Shown here: piece by piece, positions 10,442 to 19,725 of the stretch
How positions within the stretch are numbered: position 1 is the first letter of the stretch
Layout: each line of letters starts with the position of its first letter
NCBI GenBank assembly: GCA_963821645.1
Contig: CAWGEQ010000048.1
Coordinates: forward strand, 44,563-108,562
DNA: 64,000 bases
Direction: 5' to 3'
Source: an uncultured delta proteobacterium
Lineage (GTDB): Bacteria > Desulfobacterota > RBG-13-43-22
Position numbers and translations under genes: made by a program
Notes under the pieces: model-generated
Told to the model about the DNA's origin: nothing
The model's database searches: none
What the model saw: the letters and a program-made list of their open reading frames with translations, nothing else

Positions 10442-12030
10442 ATGGTCGGACAAAAGATAAAAGCCAGCAAACAAGTCGGCCTAAAGGATTTTCGGTCCAA
10501 GTCCGGGCGGATTAATGAATATGTCCTGATCTGTTTCAGCGCTCTCTTAGTCGTTCTTTCTTTTCCCAAATTCTCCTGGTCCATTTTGGCCTGGGGTTCC
10601 CTGGTTCCATTCTTTAAATCCCTTGAAGATAAACCGGCCCGAACAAGATTTCGGCTGGGATATCTATTCGGCATTGTTTATAACCTGGGGATTTTTTATT
10701 GGGTAACCCACTCCATGCGCTATTACGGCGGCTTGGACCCCTTTACCAGTTATTTTGTCCTGCTGCTTATGGTCCTTTATTTGGCCCTTTATACCGGGGC
10801 CTTTGGTTGGCTTTGGGGGTTATTCCCCACGAAGGGTCTTTTCCCTCTCATTTGGGTCCCCTCGACCTGGGTCGGCCTGGAATTCCTGCGGGCCCACCTA
10901 TTAACCGGATTTCCCTGGGAATTATTCGGCTATTCCCAATATAACTGTCTGCCGATAATCCAGATGGCCGAGATAACCGGGGTCTTGGGGGTCTCCTTTT
11001 TAATCATCTTAGTCAACCAAAGTTTATACCAGCTTTTTTTGACCGACCGCCCTTATGAAAAGAGGTCCCGGAAATGGAAATTGGCGGCTTTCCCCCTTTG
11101 TTTAATCATCTTAGTCCTTATTTTCGGCTTCAATGCTTTATATCAACAAAGGCAAAAAGATCGACAGGCCCCGTCTTTAAAAGTAGCCCTTATTCAGGGG
11201 AATATCGACCAATCCTTAAAATGGGACCCGACCTTTCAAGAAAAGACCATTGACCTTTATGAGAACCTGACCCTTAAAACAAGTTCTTCCGCCGCCGATT
11301 TGGTTGTCTGGCCGGAAACAGCGGTTCCTTTTTTTTCTTGAGTGAAAATCGTTTGTCCCCCAGATTATTTCAGTTGACCCGGAGAACCGGGGCCTCTCTT
11401 TTATTCGGGAGCCCGGCGGTTAATTATCCAGGAGGACAACCCCAATTTTATAATCGGGCCTATCTGCTGAGCCCCGAAGGCCGGATAAGTTTCTACGATA
11501 AGGTCCATCTGGTTCCCTTTGGAGAATATATTCCCTTAAAGAAGCTCTTACCCTTTGTGGGGAAAATAGTCCAAGCCATAGGTGATTTCAGCCCTGGGCC
11601 GGGAAGCTATGGGTTGGACCATCCAAAAGGGAAAATAGGTGTTCTGATCTGCTTTGAAACCATTTTCCCGGAATTATCCCGGGCCTATAAACAAGAAGGG
11701 TGTCGGCTTCTGGTCAACATGACCAATGACGCCTGGTTTGGGAAGACCTCGGCTCCTTACCAACACCTGTCCATGCTTACCTTTCGGGCCGTCGAAAACC
11801 GGCTCTGGATCGCCCGAGCCGCCAATACGGGTTTTAGCGCTGTTATTGATTCTACCGGGCGGATCACCAAGCGATTTCCGCTGTTTCAAACCGGGGGGAT
11901 TTATGCTACTATTCCCTTAAGGGAAGGAAAGACTTTTTATTCCCGCCACGGCGACCTGCTGATCATTTTTTGCGGCCTGGTTTTCCTCTCGGGAATTATT
12001 ATTGGGATAGTAAAGAAAAAAGGGGATTAA
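10442..12030 (+). CDS. lnt: apolipoprotein N-acyltransferase, interrupted by a frameshift in a T8 run (11329-11336)
   Basis: ORF 10442..11341 carries the multi-TM N-domain and the start of the CN-hydrolase domain (VALIQGNI...VVWPETAVPFF). ORF 11338..12030 continues the CN-hydrolase domain in another frame (ICFETIFPE...AANTGFSAVID). Confidence 0.8.
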
Positions 12031-12034
12031 GATC

Positions 12035-13121
12035 ATGAATGAAGAAATCAGTCGGGTTAAGGATAAATTGAATAAATTAGGAGACTATCTTTGACCTGGC
12101 CCACAAAAAAGAACGGATGGCCTCCCTGGAAAAGGTTATCGCCCAAAACAGCTTCTGGGACAAGCCGGATCAGGCCAGGGTCGTCCTGAAAGAAAGGGGA
12201 AAACTCAGTCAGGTTGTTTCCGAATGGGAACAAACCCGAGCCCAATTAGAGGAAGTAGAGATCCTTCAGGACCTGGGTTCAGCCGAAGACGACCAGGAAA
12301 CCCTGACCGAAGTGGTAACCCGTTTAAAGGATCTTGAGAGGCAATTGGCCCGGATGGAATTTAACAAACTTCTTTCCGGGGAAGAAGATATCAATAATGC
12401 CATCATGGCCATTCATGCCGGTGCCGGCGGCACGGAAGCCCAGGATTGGGCCGAGATGCTGCTCCGCATGTATCTGCGTTGGAGTGAACGGCGGGGGTTT
12501 AAGACCGAGATCCTCGATCAGTTGCCCGGAGACGAAGCCGGTCTCAAAAGTGTGACCTTTACCATCGAAGGGAAATATGCCTACGGCTATCTGCGCTCGG
12601 AGAGCGGGATCCATCGTCTGGTCCGCATCTCTCCTTTTGATGCCGGGGGACGCCGCCACACCTCCTTTGCTTCGGTTTTTGTCTATCCGGAGGTGGAAGA
12701 CGACATCGAGATCGAGATCAATGAGTCCGATGTTCGGGTTGACACCTTCCGGGCCAGCGGGGCCGGTGGACAACATGTCAACAAGACCAGCTCGGCCATC
12801 CGTTTGACCCATATGCCCACGGGAATTGTGGTCCAATGCCAAAACGAGAAATCACAGCACCGCAACAAAGACATGGCTTTTAAGGTCTTGAAATCAAGAC
12901 TCTATGAGTTGGAACTGGAAAAGAAAGAGGAAAAAAAGAAGGAGATCCACGAAGGGCAGGCCGATATTGCCTGGGGAAGTCAGATCCGTTCTTATACCCT
13001 GGCCCCCTACCAGTTGGTGAAGGACCATAGGACTCAATTGGAGATCGGCAATGTGGCTGATGTCCTTGACGGGGGGATCGATCCTTTTATTGAGGCCTTT
13101 TTGTGGAAAAAAAATAAATGA
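12035..13121 (+). CDS. prfB: peptide chain release factor 2, made by programmed +1 frameshift (12035..12091 joined to 12093..13121)
   Basis: A short frame (MNEEISRVKDKLNKLGDYL) ends at CTT TGA C. The +1 frame continues DLAHKKERMASLEKV... through the SPF and GGQ (SGAGGQHVNKT) motifs. Confidence 0.95.
12079..12095 (+). promoter_or_regulatory. prfB autoregulatory +1 frameshift site
   Basis: SD-like AGGAG (12079-12083) upstream of the slippery CTT (12089-12091) and an in-frame TGA (12092-12094) followed by C. Confidence 0.9.
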
Positions 13122-13267
13122 GGTTCAACTTAAACTCGCAGGCCCGCCTGATGCGGCTGACACGAAACATGAAAAGGAGCGTCAAAGGCCCAAAACCAAC
13201 TATGGCGTTCTAGTTTTTCCCTTGTACCTTAAACCTTGAACCGTTATTTTCGGACTAAGGAGGACTG

Positions 13268-14032
13268 ATGAGCTACCAGCATATTCAAAGCGAAGTAAAA
13301 GAAGGAATAGCCATTATTACCTTAAACCGGGAACCTCTCAATGTGCTTAATATCGCCATGATGAAGGAGATCAATCAGGCCCTGGATTCCTTGAAAGAGG
13401 CCAAGATCAAACTCCTCCTTTTCAAGGCCAAAGGCAAGGCCTTTTCGGCCGGGGTGGATGTGGGAGAACATCTTGGCGACCAGGTGGCGGAGATGATCGA
13501 GGTCTTTCACGGAATTTTCAGGCGCCTGGATGCCCTGCCGGCCTTATCCATCGCCTCGGTACAGGGGGCGGCCTTGGGCGGGGGCTGCGAGCTGGCTCTG
13601 TATTGCGATCTGGTCGTGGCCTCGGAGAAGGCCAAATTCGGCCAGCCTGAAATCCAGGTGGGGGTTTTCCCGCCCATAGCCGCTTTGATCCTTCCCAGGA
13701 TTGCCGGCCGGAAAAAGGCCCTGGAATTGATCCTATCAGGAGAAACGATCGGCGCCCAGGAGGCCCTGTCTCTGGGGCTGATCAATAAAGTGGTCCCTCC
13801 TGATGCCCTGGAAGAAGAGTTTCAAAAATTCTGCGCTAAATTTACGCCCTTAAGCGGCCTGGTCCTGTCTTTAACCAAAAAGGCTTTTAATGCCGGGTTG
13901 ATGGATCCTTCAGACCGGGGTTTGAAGGAGATCGAAAAAATCTATCTTCAGGAATTAATGAAAACCAAAGATGCCCAGGAAGGATTAAAGGCCTTTTTGG
14001 AAAAGAGAAAACCGGTTTGGAAGGAAGCCTGA
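13268..14032 (+). CDS. enoyl-CoA hydratase/isomerase (crotonase) family protein
   Basis: Crotonase fold motifs KAFSAGVDV, GAALGGGCELALYCD and QPEIQVGVFP. Confidence 0.85.
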   Translation: MSYQHIQSEVKEGIAIITLNREPLNVLNIAMMKEINQALDSLKEAKIKLLLFKAKGKAFSAGVDVGEHLGDQVAEMIEVFHGIFRRLDALPALSIASVQGAALGGGCELALYCDLVVASEKAKFGQPEIQVGVFPPIAALILPRIAGRKKALELILSGETIGAQEALSLGLINKVVPPDALEEEFQKFCAKFTPLSGLVLSLTKKAFNAGLMDPSDRGLKEIEKIYLQELMKTKDAQEGLKAFLEKRKPVWKEA

Positions 14033-14161
14033 GTAGTTGAACACGGATAGCGAAGACTCATAAATCCCCGCAGCTTGCTGCGTGGATTAGCGAGCGAACT
14101 ACGAAAAATAGAAATTTACCTTGCCGGGAAGATTCCCTGCACCTTGGTGCCGGGAGCTAAT

Positions 14162-14206
14162 CAGGATCGGGGATGAGGGGTCACGATCCCTCATCTCCTG
14201 ATCCTG
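14162..14206. terminator. nested GC-rich hairpin between convergent genes (possible bidirectional terminator, no clear U-tract)
   Basis: CAGGATC..GGATGAGGG..loop..CCCTCATC..GATCCTG. Confidence 0.4.
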
Positions 14207-14222
14207 GTCCGCCAATTCCACT

Positions 14223-14802
14223 CTAAGCAACATCGGAAACGGTGAAAACCGCCAAGTAATTGTAAGACCCGACATCCACTGTTTTAATCAGATTAAAAGA
14301 ATAGGGTCGAAGCCTATCGGTCACTTCTTCCACGGAGATTCGGATTTCAAGAGGAGGCCCTGGAGGGCCTTGCATTTTTTTAAATTCAACGACAGCCACC
14401 GTCCCCTGAGGTTTCATAACCCGTTTGATTTCTTTTAAGGTGCCTTGATCCGTATGGTCCTGGATAAGGTCATGTAAAACCGTGGCCAAAAGACAGACAT
14501 CCACGCTCCGGTCTTCCATCGGAATTTTCAGACTCACATCAGCCACAAGGGCTTCAATGTTAAGGATTTTACCGGTCAGCGACCGCTCTCCGCAAATCCT
14601 CGATCCCTTCCTTCCAGAGATCAACCGCAATGATACGGCCGGCAGGCCCAACATAGTCGGAGGCAGCAAGAGAATAGGCCCCCCGGCCGCAGGCAACATC
14701 AAGAAAGGTGATGCCTGCCTGGAGGTTCAGTTCCGAGAAAAATCTTTGGGTATCTATAAGGTTAAAACTGCTTTTTCCGGCTGCGATAGGTTTGTCGTTC
14801 AT
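14223..14802 (-). CDS. class I SAM-dependent methyltransferase, frameshifted near 14570-14590
   Basis: N-part ORF 14569..14802 carries motif I (FLDVACGRGAYS). The C-part continues in ORF 14223..14702 (VDVCLLATVLHDL...MKPQGTVAVVEF). The two overlapping frames read as one protein. Confidence 0.7.
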
Positions 14803-14861
14803 TCATACCCCTCTCTTGAGAAATTTTTTCAGCTTTCGGTCTTTGGTTTATTTTAAGGCCA

Positions 14862-15326
14862 TTATTCTCGGAGGTCCAACTTAGCCCCTTGATGACTGAA
14901 CACGAATCCAAGCTTACCATAGAACTGATGGGCTTTAGTCCGCTCATTGAAGGAGGTAAGTTGCACCAGGCAACATCCCTTTTCCCGGGCCCTGGCGATG
15001 GCCCATCGCATCATGGCCGTCCCGATTCCCTGGTTGCGGAGATTTGCCGATACCATGACCCCTTCGATCTGGGCGCGCCATCCCCCTTGATAAGTCATGT
15101 TGGGGATGAAAGATAATTGGAAGGTCCCCATAATTTCTCCGTCCTTGTCGGCCACAAAAAGTCCATGATTCGGGTCGGCCGAAATCGCTTCAAAAGCCGC
15201 GACGTAGGACTCGGCGATGGGATCCGTCAGCCTTTCTCGTGAACCGGCCACCTCATCGTCGGCCAAAAGCTTAACTATGGCCGGCAAATCCTCTTGGATA
15301 GCAGTGCGGATAACGATCTCATCCAT
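14862..15326 (-). CDS. GNAT-family N-acetyltransferase
   Basis: Acetyl-CoA binding motif RNQGIGTAMMRWAIARAREKGC within a 154-aa GNAT-sized ORF. Confidence 0.8.
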   Translation of the reverse strand: MDEIVIRTAIQEDLPAIVKLLADDEVAGSRERLTDPIAESYVAAFEAISADPNHGLFVADKDGEIMGTFQLSFIPNMTYQGGWRAQIEGVMVSANLRNQGIGTAMMRWAIARAREKGCCLVQLTSFNERTKAHQFYGKLGFVFSHQGAKLDLRE

Positions 15327-15394
15327 GGGCCTTATTCTTCCTCTCGGTTCTCTGACCTTTTATGCCCTATTATTTCTCCGGCGTTGATCTGGGT

Positions 15395-16018
15395 TCATTT
15401 CGGGCAGCTCAAATAATAGTGCCAGAAGACCCGCGCTGCCACCGCCCGCCAGGGTTTCCATTTGTGGCTGAGGACTTCGAGCTCCGCCGGCGAAGGGCGT
15501 GATCCAAGTCTCTTGACCCGCTGAACGGCAATGGCCAGGGCGAGATCTCCTACGGGCCAAACATCGGGCCGCCGCAGGGCCATCAGAAGATAGATGTCCG
15601 CCGTCCATCGACCGATGCCGGTTATCCTGATCAATTCGGCGCGAGCTTTATCGTCATTCATCCGGTCAATCCTTTCCAACTGGAGTGACCTTGAAGTAAT
15701 GGCCTCTGCCAAGAGACGACAATACCTGGTTTTCTGCCGGCTGAACCCGAATTGCTTCAGCCTTTCATCATCCAGCATCAGGAATTGGTCGGGCGTTAAT
15801 ATCGGGAGGGCCTCCTGGAGGCGATCAAAGGCCGCCTTGGCCGAGGCCAACGAAACCTGCTGCTCGAGGATAATGCGAATCAATGTCGCGAATCCCGGGT
15901 CGCGCTTCCACATCGGCGGTGGACCAAGGTTCGACAGTATATCTTCCACATCCGGGTCCCGGTCTTTAAGGACGGCCAGGGCCTGTTTGAAGGCCGGTCC
16001 GGTCAGGTGTTTAGACAC
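15395..16018 (-). CDS. HhH-GPD DNA glycosylase (3-methyladenine glycosylase II / AlkA-like)
   Basis: ILEQQVSLASAKA, helix-hairpin-helix LIRITGIGRWTADIYL and the downstream catalytic-Asp region PVGDLAL. Confidence 0.75.
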   Translation of the reverse strand: MSKHLTGPAFKQALAVLKDRDPDVEDILSNLGPPPMWKRDPGFATLIRIILEQQVSLASAKAAFDRLQEALPILTPDQFLMLDDERLKQFGFSRQKTRYCRLLAEAITSRSLQLERIDRMNDDKARAELIRITGIGRWTADIYLLMALRRPDVWPVGDLALAIAVQRVKRLGSRPSPAELEVLSHKWKPWRAVAARVFWHYYLSCPK

Positions 16019-16134
16019 ACCATCCCTTCCGTTTGTGGCATAAAGGCATAAACGGTACCTCCTACCTGGCAGATATTGAGGACAGGCGAAAAACCAGCCA
16101 TTACTTGTTTAGAAGCCGAATCGTCTTCGAGTTT

Positions 16135-16437
16135 TTACCCGGGAAGTTTGGCCGCCAGGACATCGACCTTCTCGATAACGGGCGGCTGGGCTAATAACTC
16201 GGAAGCTTTGGCCATAAGGGCTGCGGCCACGCGGCCCGAGAGGTGGGCCTGCCGTCCCGCCTCGTCCGGGAAGGCATCAAAGATCCCGAAGGTGGACGGC
16301 CCGAGACGGATGCCGAACCAGGCCGTGGTGGCCGGTTCCTCCTGGACTATCGACAGGCCGCTTTTAAGAAAGCTTTCGACCTCCGCTTCCTTTCCGGGTT
16401 TGGCTTCCAATCGAACAAACAAGGCTACTTTAACCAT
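16135..16437 (-). CDS. ABM-domain (antibiotic biosynthesis monooxygenase-like) protein
   Basis: 100 aa with a ferredoxin-like beta-alpha-beta pattern (VALFVRLEAKPGKEAEVESFL...IFDAFPDEAGRQAH). Confidence 0.65.
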   Translation of the reverse strand: MVKVALFVRLEAKPGKEAEVESFLKSGLSIVQEEPATTAWFGIRLGPSTFGIFDAFPDEAGRQAHLSGRVAAALMAKASELLAQPPVIEKVDVLAAKLPG

Positions 16438-16508
16438 GTCTTTTCTCCTTTCTTAAATGAGCCGTTTATTTTAACTCCTTCAGGTTATTCAAAACGAACT
16501 GACCGGGA

Positions 16509-17478
16509 TCAAATTTCTCCTTTTGTTTCTTTTAACAGGCCCTCCAGGGGTATTTCAGCCCTGGCGGCACCCTTGTGCCCACCGGCGGAGGCCCCCCATC
16601 GTTCGAAGAGTCGCTGGGCCGTTTTTCCGGCATCCCCGCGAAAGCTGGCCTTTCTCAGGATAACGATCAGCTTGTCCTGGTTTATTCCCGAAACAACGCT
16701 CCAGGTCGATTCGGCAATCCGGAGAAAAAAATCGGCCAGGATCACCAGAACGTCTGGATTTTCCACCTCACCCATATGGGCGAAGGCGATTTTTTTTAAA
16801 AAGATCAACTTATCCAGGCCGATTTTGAAATAGGCCAGCATCTTCTTGTTCAGTTCGGAGGACTCGATTTTTTTGATAATATTCATATTGGCGTACTGAT
16901 AAAGATACCTGAAGGCGCTGACATCGTTGTACACCGAATCCCTGACGAAACTATCGGTATCGGTCTTGATGCCGTAGAACAGGGCCGTGGCCAGCATCTC
17001 AGAGGGCTTGATCCTGGCCGCCCTTGAGGTACTCGGTCATGATCGTTGAGTTGGCCCCGTAATCCTCCCTGATATCAAGGAAGCGGGCCTTGGACGTCGT
17101 TTCAACCGGGTGATGATCGATGATGATGTCGAAATTCAGGTCTTTGAACTGCTCATCATGGCTTGGTTGAGAATCGACCAGGGCCCATTTGGTGATAAGG
17201 GCAGGGTTCATATGCCGGATATGCTGCTGCTTAATCTTGAGGAGCTTGACGAAAGCCAGGTTATCGGCCCGCTGAATGGGATTGACGTGATAAATCGAAA
17301 TCTTTTTTACCTTTCGCCACAGCAGTCTCTTTAAGGCAACGGCGCTGGCCATGGAATCAGGGTCGGCCTTGATCAAAATCGCCAGGGTATCCTCCTGATC
17401 CACCATCTCGAAAAGCCGGTGGCACTTCCCGGTGGAGGGCGGGGATTTCGGCAAGGGATGTTCTTTAGCGTTGCTCAT
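16509..17478 (-). CDS. DHH/DHHA1 phosphoesterase (NrnA-like), frameshifted near 17015-17027
   Basis: N-part carries the DHH motif (IIIDHHP). C-part carries GIKTDTDSF and the DHHA1 motif GGHKGAARAE. Shifting one base at CTCAAGGGCGGCC restores ...TEYLK-AARIKPSEMLATAL. Confidence 0.75.
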
Positions 17479-17880
17479 GCTGGTTTTCTCTCCAGGCCCG
17501 GAAGACGGCCTTCCGCTCGGTAAGTACCGCTCTTCAAGTTATGGGAATTAGGTCCTTCTTCTAAATTTTTAATCAGTTCACTTGAATCCTTGAACCCTTG
17601 AATCCTCGAATCCTTTAATCGTCGCCAACTTTTGGCGATGATTAAAAATTATAAGATAAGATGACGATAGAGACAAGGAAAAAGGCTTTAATCTCGGGTA
17701 TATTGTAGGAATCAAGGTGTATTTATTGAAATAAGTGAACTGAAAAAAATTAAAATAAATGTTGTAAAAATCTATTAACCGTTTAATAATCATCGATAAT
17801 CATTTAACCAAGATAGACCATCCTTGGATTTCTGTCAGAAAAAACGGACAAATTTTTTGGTTTATGGCCTGATAAGCTTC

Positions 17881-18008
17881 ATGGGGCGCCGTTTCCCACC
17901 CGGTTGTCCCGCCGCGCAAACGCGGCAGAACAGCGCTGTTGCACCTGACGTCCCCGCGTCCAAATAAATTTGTCTCCGGTTCCGCAGGTGAACCGGCGCC
18001 CATTAGAT
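17881..18008 (+). repeat. long imperfect palindrome ending in ATTAGAT; proposed left boundary of the cassette array
   Basis: ATGGGGCGCCG (17881-17891) pairs with CCGGCGCCCAT (17993-18003). TTAGAT (18003-18008) is the exact complement of ATCTAA (18956-18961) at the end of the mrr cassette. Confidence 0.4.
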
Positions 18009-18027
18009 GCAAAAAGGAGATTGATAC

Positions 18028-18961
18028 ATGGCCATTCCAGATTATCAGAGCGTGATGTTGCCACTTCTCAGATTTTCCGCGGAAAAAAAAGACGAGACCT
18101 CCACAGGGGAGGCCGTTGAAGTCCTTCAAAAGAATTTGGCCTGACAGATGAAGATCTAAAAGAGCTACTTCCAAGCGGTATTTCAATCTACCTTTGTCAA
18201 TAGAGTTGGTTGGGCGTCTACTTACATGAAGAAAGCCGGTCTACTTGAAGCTACACGGAGAGGCTACTTTCGAATCACATCGCGCGGTCAAGAACTACTC
18301 AGGAAGCAGCCAAAAGCTATCAATATAAAACTTCTCAAACAGTATCCTGAGTTCCTTGAGTTCCAACAACTCAAAGGAACACGAAGTGGTGAGAAAGATA
18401 AGCGCCTCAGGAGGAACACCTGACATTTTAGCAGCTACTCCGTCTGAGGCATTGGAAAACGCCTATGAAAATCTACGTAATGAACTTGCTAACGAACTAC
18501 TCGCCAAAGCTTAAAAAATCTTCGCCATCCTTTTTCGAACGTGCTGTTGTCGAGTTGCTCGTGAAGATGGGTTATGGAGGCTCACGCTCCGACGCAGGAA
18601 AAGCCATTGGGAAAAGCGGAGATGGCGGCATTGATGGAATAATAAAAGAAGACAGACTTGGACTCGATGTCGTCTACATTCAAGCAAAACGATGGGACAA
18701 CTAATCCTGTTGGAAGGCCAGATGTTATGCAGTTTGCGGGAGCGCTACAAGTTGCAGAAAGCAAACAAAGGCATATTCATTACGACTTCCAGATTTACCG
18801 ACGATGCGAGAAGCTTTGTTTCACAAATTGGAAGCAAAATTGTCTTAATCGATGGGGAACAACTCACCAATTTAATGATTGAGAGTGATGTTGGCGTATC
18901 GGTTGTATCGATGTATCCGGTGAAGAAAATAGATGCTGATTATTTTGATGAAAGCATCTAA
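18028..18961 (+). pseudogene. mrr: Mrr-family restriction endonuclease, decayed (at least 5 frame disruptions)
   Basis: Mrr_N motifs MAIPDYQSVMLPLL, GLTDEDLKELLPSG and FVNRVGWASTYMKKAGLLE, plus Mrr_cat motifs FERAVVELLVKMGYGGS, GKSGDGGIDGIIKEDRLGLD, YIQAKRW, VGRPDVMQFAGAL, KGIFITTSRFT and VLIDGEQLTNLMI. These are spread over three reading frames. AAGGAGA Shine-Dalgarno sequence at 18014-18020. Confidence 0.8.
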
Positions 18962-19019
18962 CAAGCGGCTCCACCGGATCGCCGAAAAATCCGGCTTCCG
19001 GTGAGCTCTAACGGTGGCG
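18956..19019 (+). repeat. attC-like module A, copy 1
   Basis: ATCTAAC (fits RYYYAAC and contains the mrr stop codon), AAGCG, GCTCCAC, a 25-nt centre, GGTGAGC, TCTAAC, then GGTGGCG (a degenerate R', GGT instead of GTT). Confidence 0.45.
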
Positions 19020-19182
19020 CCGCCTGCGGCGTCGCCAATGCGGCGTTGACCCTATCTGGTTCATGTCCCGTTCGGCTTCGCCTACGGCTGCGCCAACCAG
19101 GCCATTGGACCTCGATGTCCCTCGCTCGCATGGGCCTTCGGCCCCCGCAAGCTTCGGGACACGGGTCAACGCCGCATTATGT
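19020..19182 (+). repeat. module B, copy 1: ~160-bp GC-rich long imperfect palindrome
   Basis: AATGCGGCGTTGACCC (19038-19053) pairs with GGGTCAACGCCGCATT (19163-19178). The apical 62 nt (19092-19153) are identical to 20465-20526. The module ends in ATTATGT. Confidence 0.55.
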
Positions 19183-19194
19183 AAGGAAAGAGAC

Positions 19195-19725
19195 ATGGCC
19201 ATATCCGATCGTATACTGGAGTGTATCAACAAATACAATGCCAATGATCTCGATAACGCTCTTATTCAAGTCTGTATTGCCATGGATGGAACGGCAAAGA
19301 AAGAGTATCCGAAAATAAAAAAAGTCGGTGAGAGGTTCAGGACGTTCATCAAGTCCAATCAAGACATAATCACCTTCTTTACGTTCAACACGAATATCTT
19401 CATCAACTGCCAGTTCGGAGAGTACACAATCGAGCAGTTTATATACAAAGTCCTTCGCTGCGGGTTGCTGCATGAAGGAGACATCCCCGAGATGTTCGAG
19501 TTTGCGGAAACGGGTGGTCCCATCGAAATCGGCGATAGAAAATGGCGTCTCCCGAAGACCTTCGTGTTTGGCGCAATGCTTGCCGTGATTGGCGCTCATT
19601 CCAATTCGGGGGAGAATTTGCCGGAAGACCTGACCGTCACCATTATGGGGCAGCAGTTTACCGTAAACCAGTTGTGGGGTCGTGCAGACATTATCAGAAC
19701 GACATTAGAGCCAAGGGCTGCATAA
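19195..19725 (+). CDS. hypothetical protein (177 aa), cassette-borne
   Basis: ATG 19195 follows AAGGAAAG. The 44 upstream codons of track ORF 19063..19725 lie inside repeat module B and were rejected. No motif was recognised. Confidence 0.6.
   Translation: MAISDRILECINKYNANDLDNALIQVCIAMDGTAKKEYPKIKKVGERFRTFIKSNQDIITFFTFNTNIFINCQFGEYTIEQFIYKVLRCGLLHEGDIPEMFEFAETGGPIEIGDRKWRLPKTFVFGAMLAVIGAHSNSGENLPEDLTVTIMGQQFTVNQLWGRADIIRTTLEPRAA

Noticed and set aside
11329-11341. The T8 run in lnt as a programmed frameshift site or a naturally split Lnt.
   Set aside because: There is no stimulatory structure or conserved recoding precedent for lnt. At least 20 similar single-base disruptions occur elsewhere in the window, several of them in short same-base runs, which makes sequencing error the simpler explanation.
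17479-17880. A search for an integron integrase, attI or Pc in the 400-bp AT-rich region left of the cassette island; also ORF 17578..17793(-).
   Set aside because: There is no tyrosine-recombinase-like ORF. The 71-aa ORF is low-complexity and AT-driven. The region contains only heptamer repeats and a small hairpin.
19001-19318. ORFs running through repeat module B: 19001..19318, the first 44 codons of 19063..19725, 19008..19244(-), 20288..20599, 20290..20565, 20295..20504(-), 20314..20535(-), 20336..20542(-) and 20772..21200(-).
   Set aside because: Several mutually overlapping ORFs occur on both strands inside a GC-rich palindrome. The peptide similarity between copies simply reflects nucleotide identity. 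The real downstream gene has its own Shine-Dalgarno sequence and ATG at 19195.
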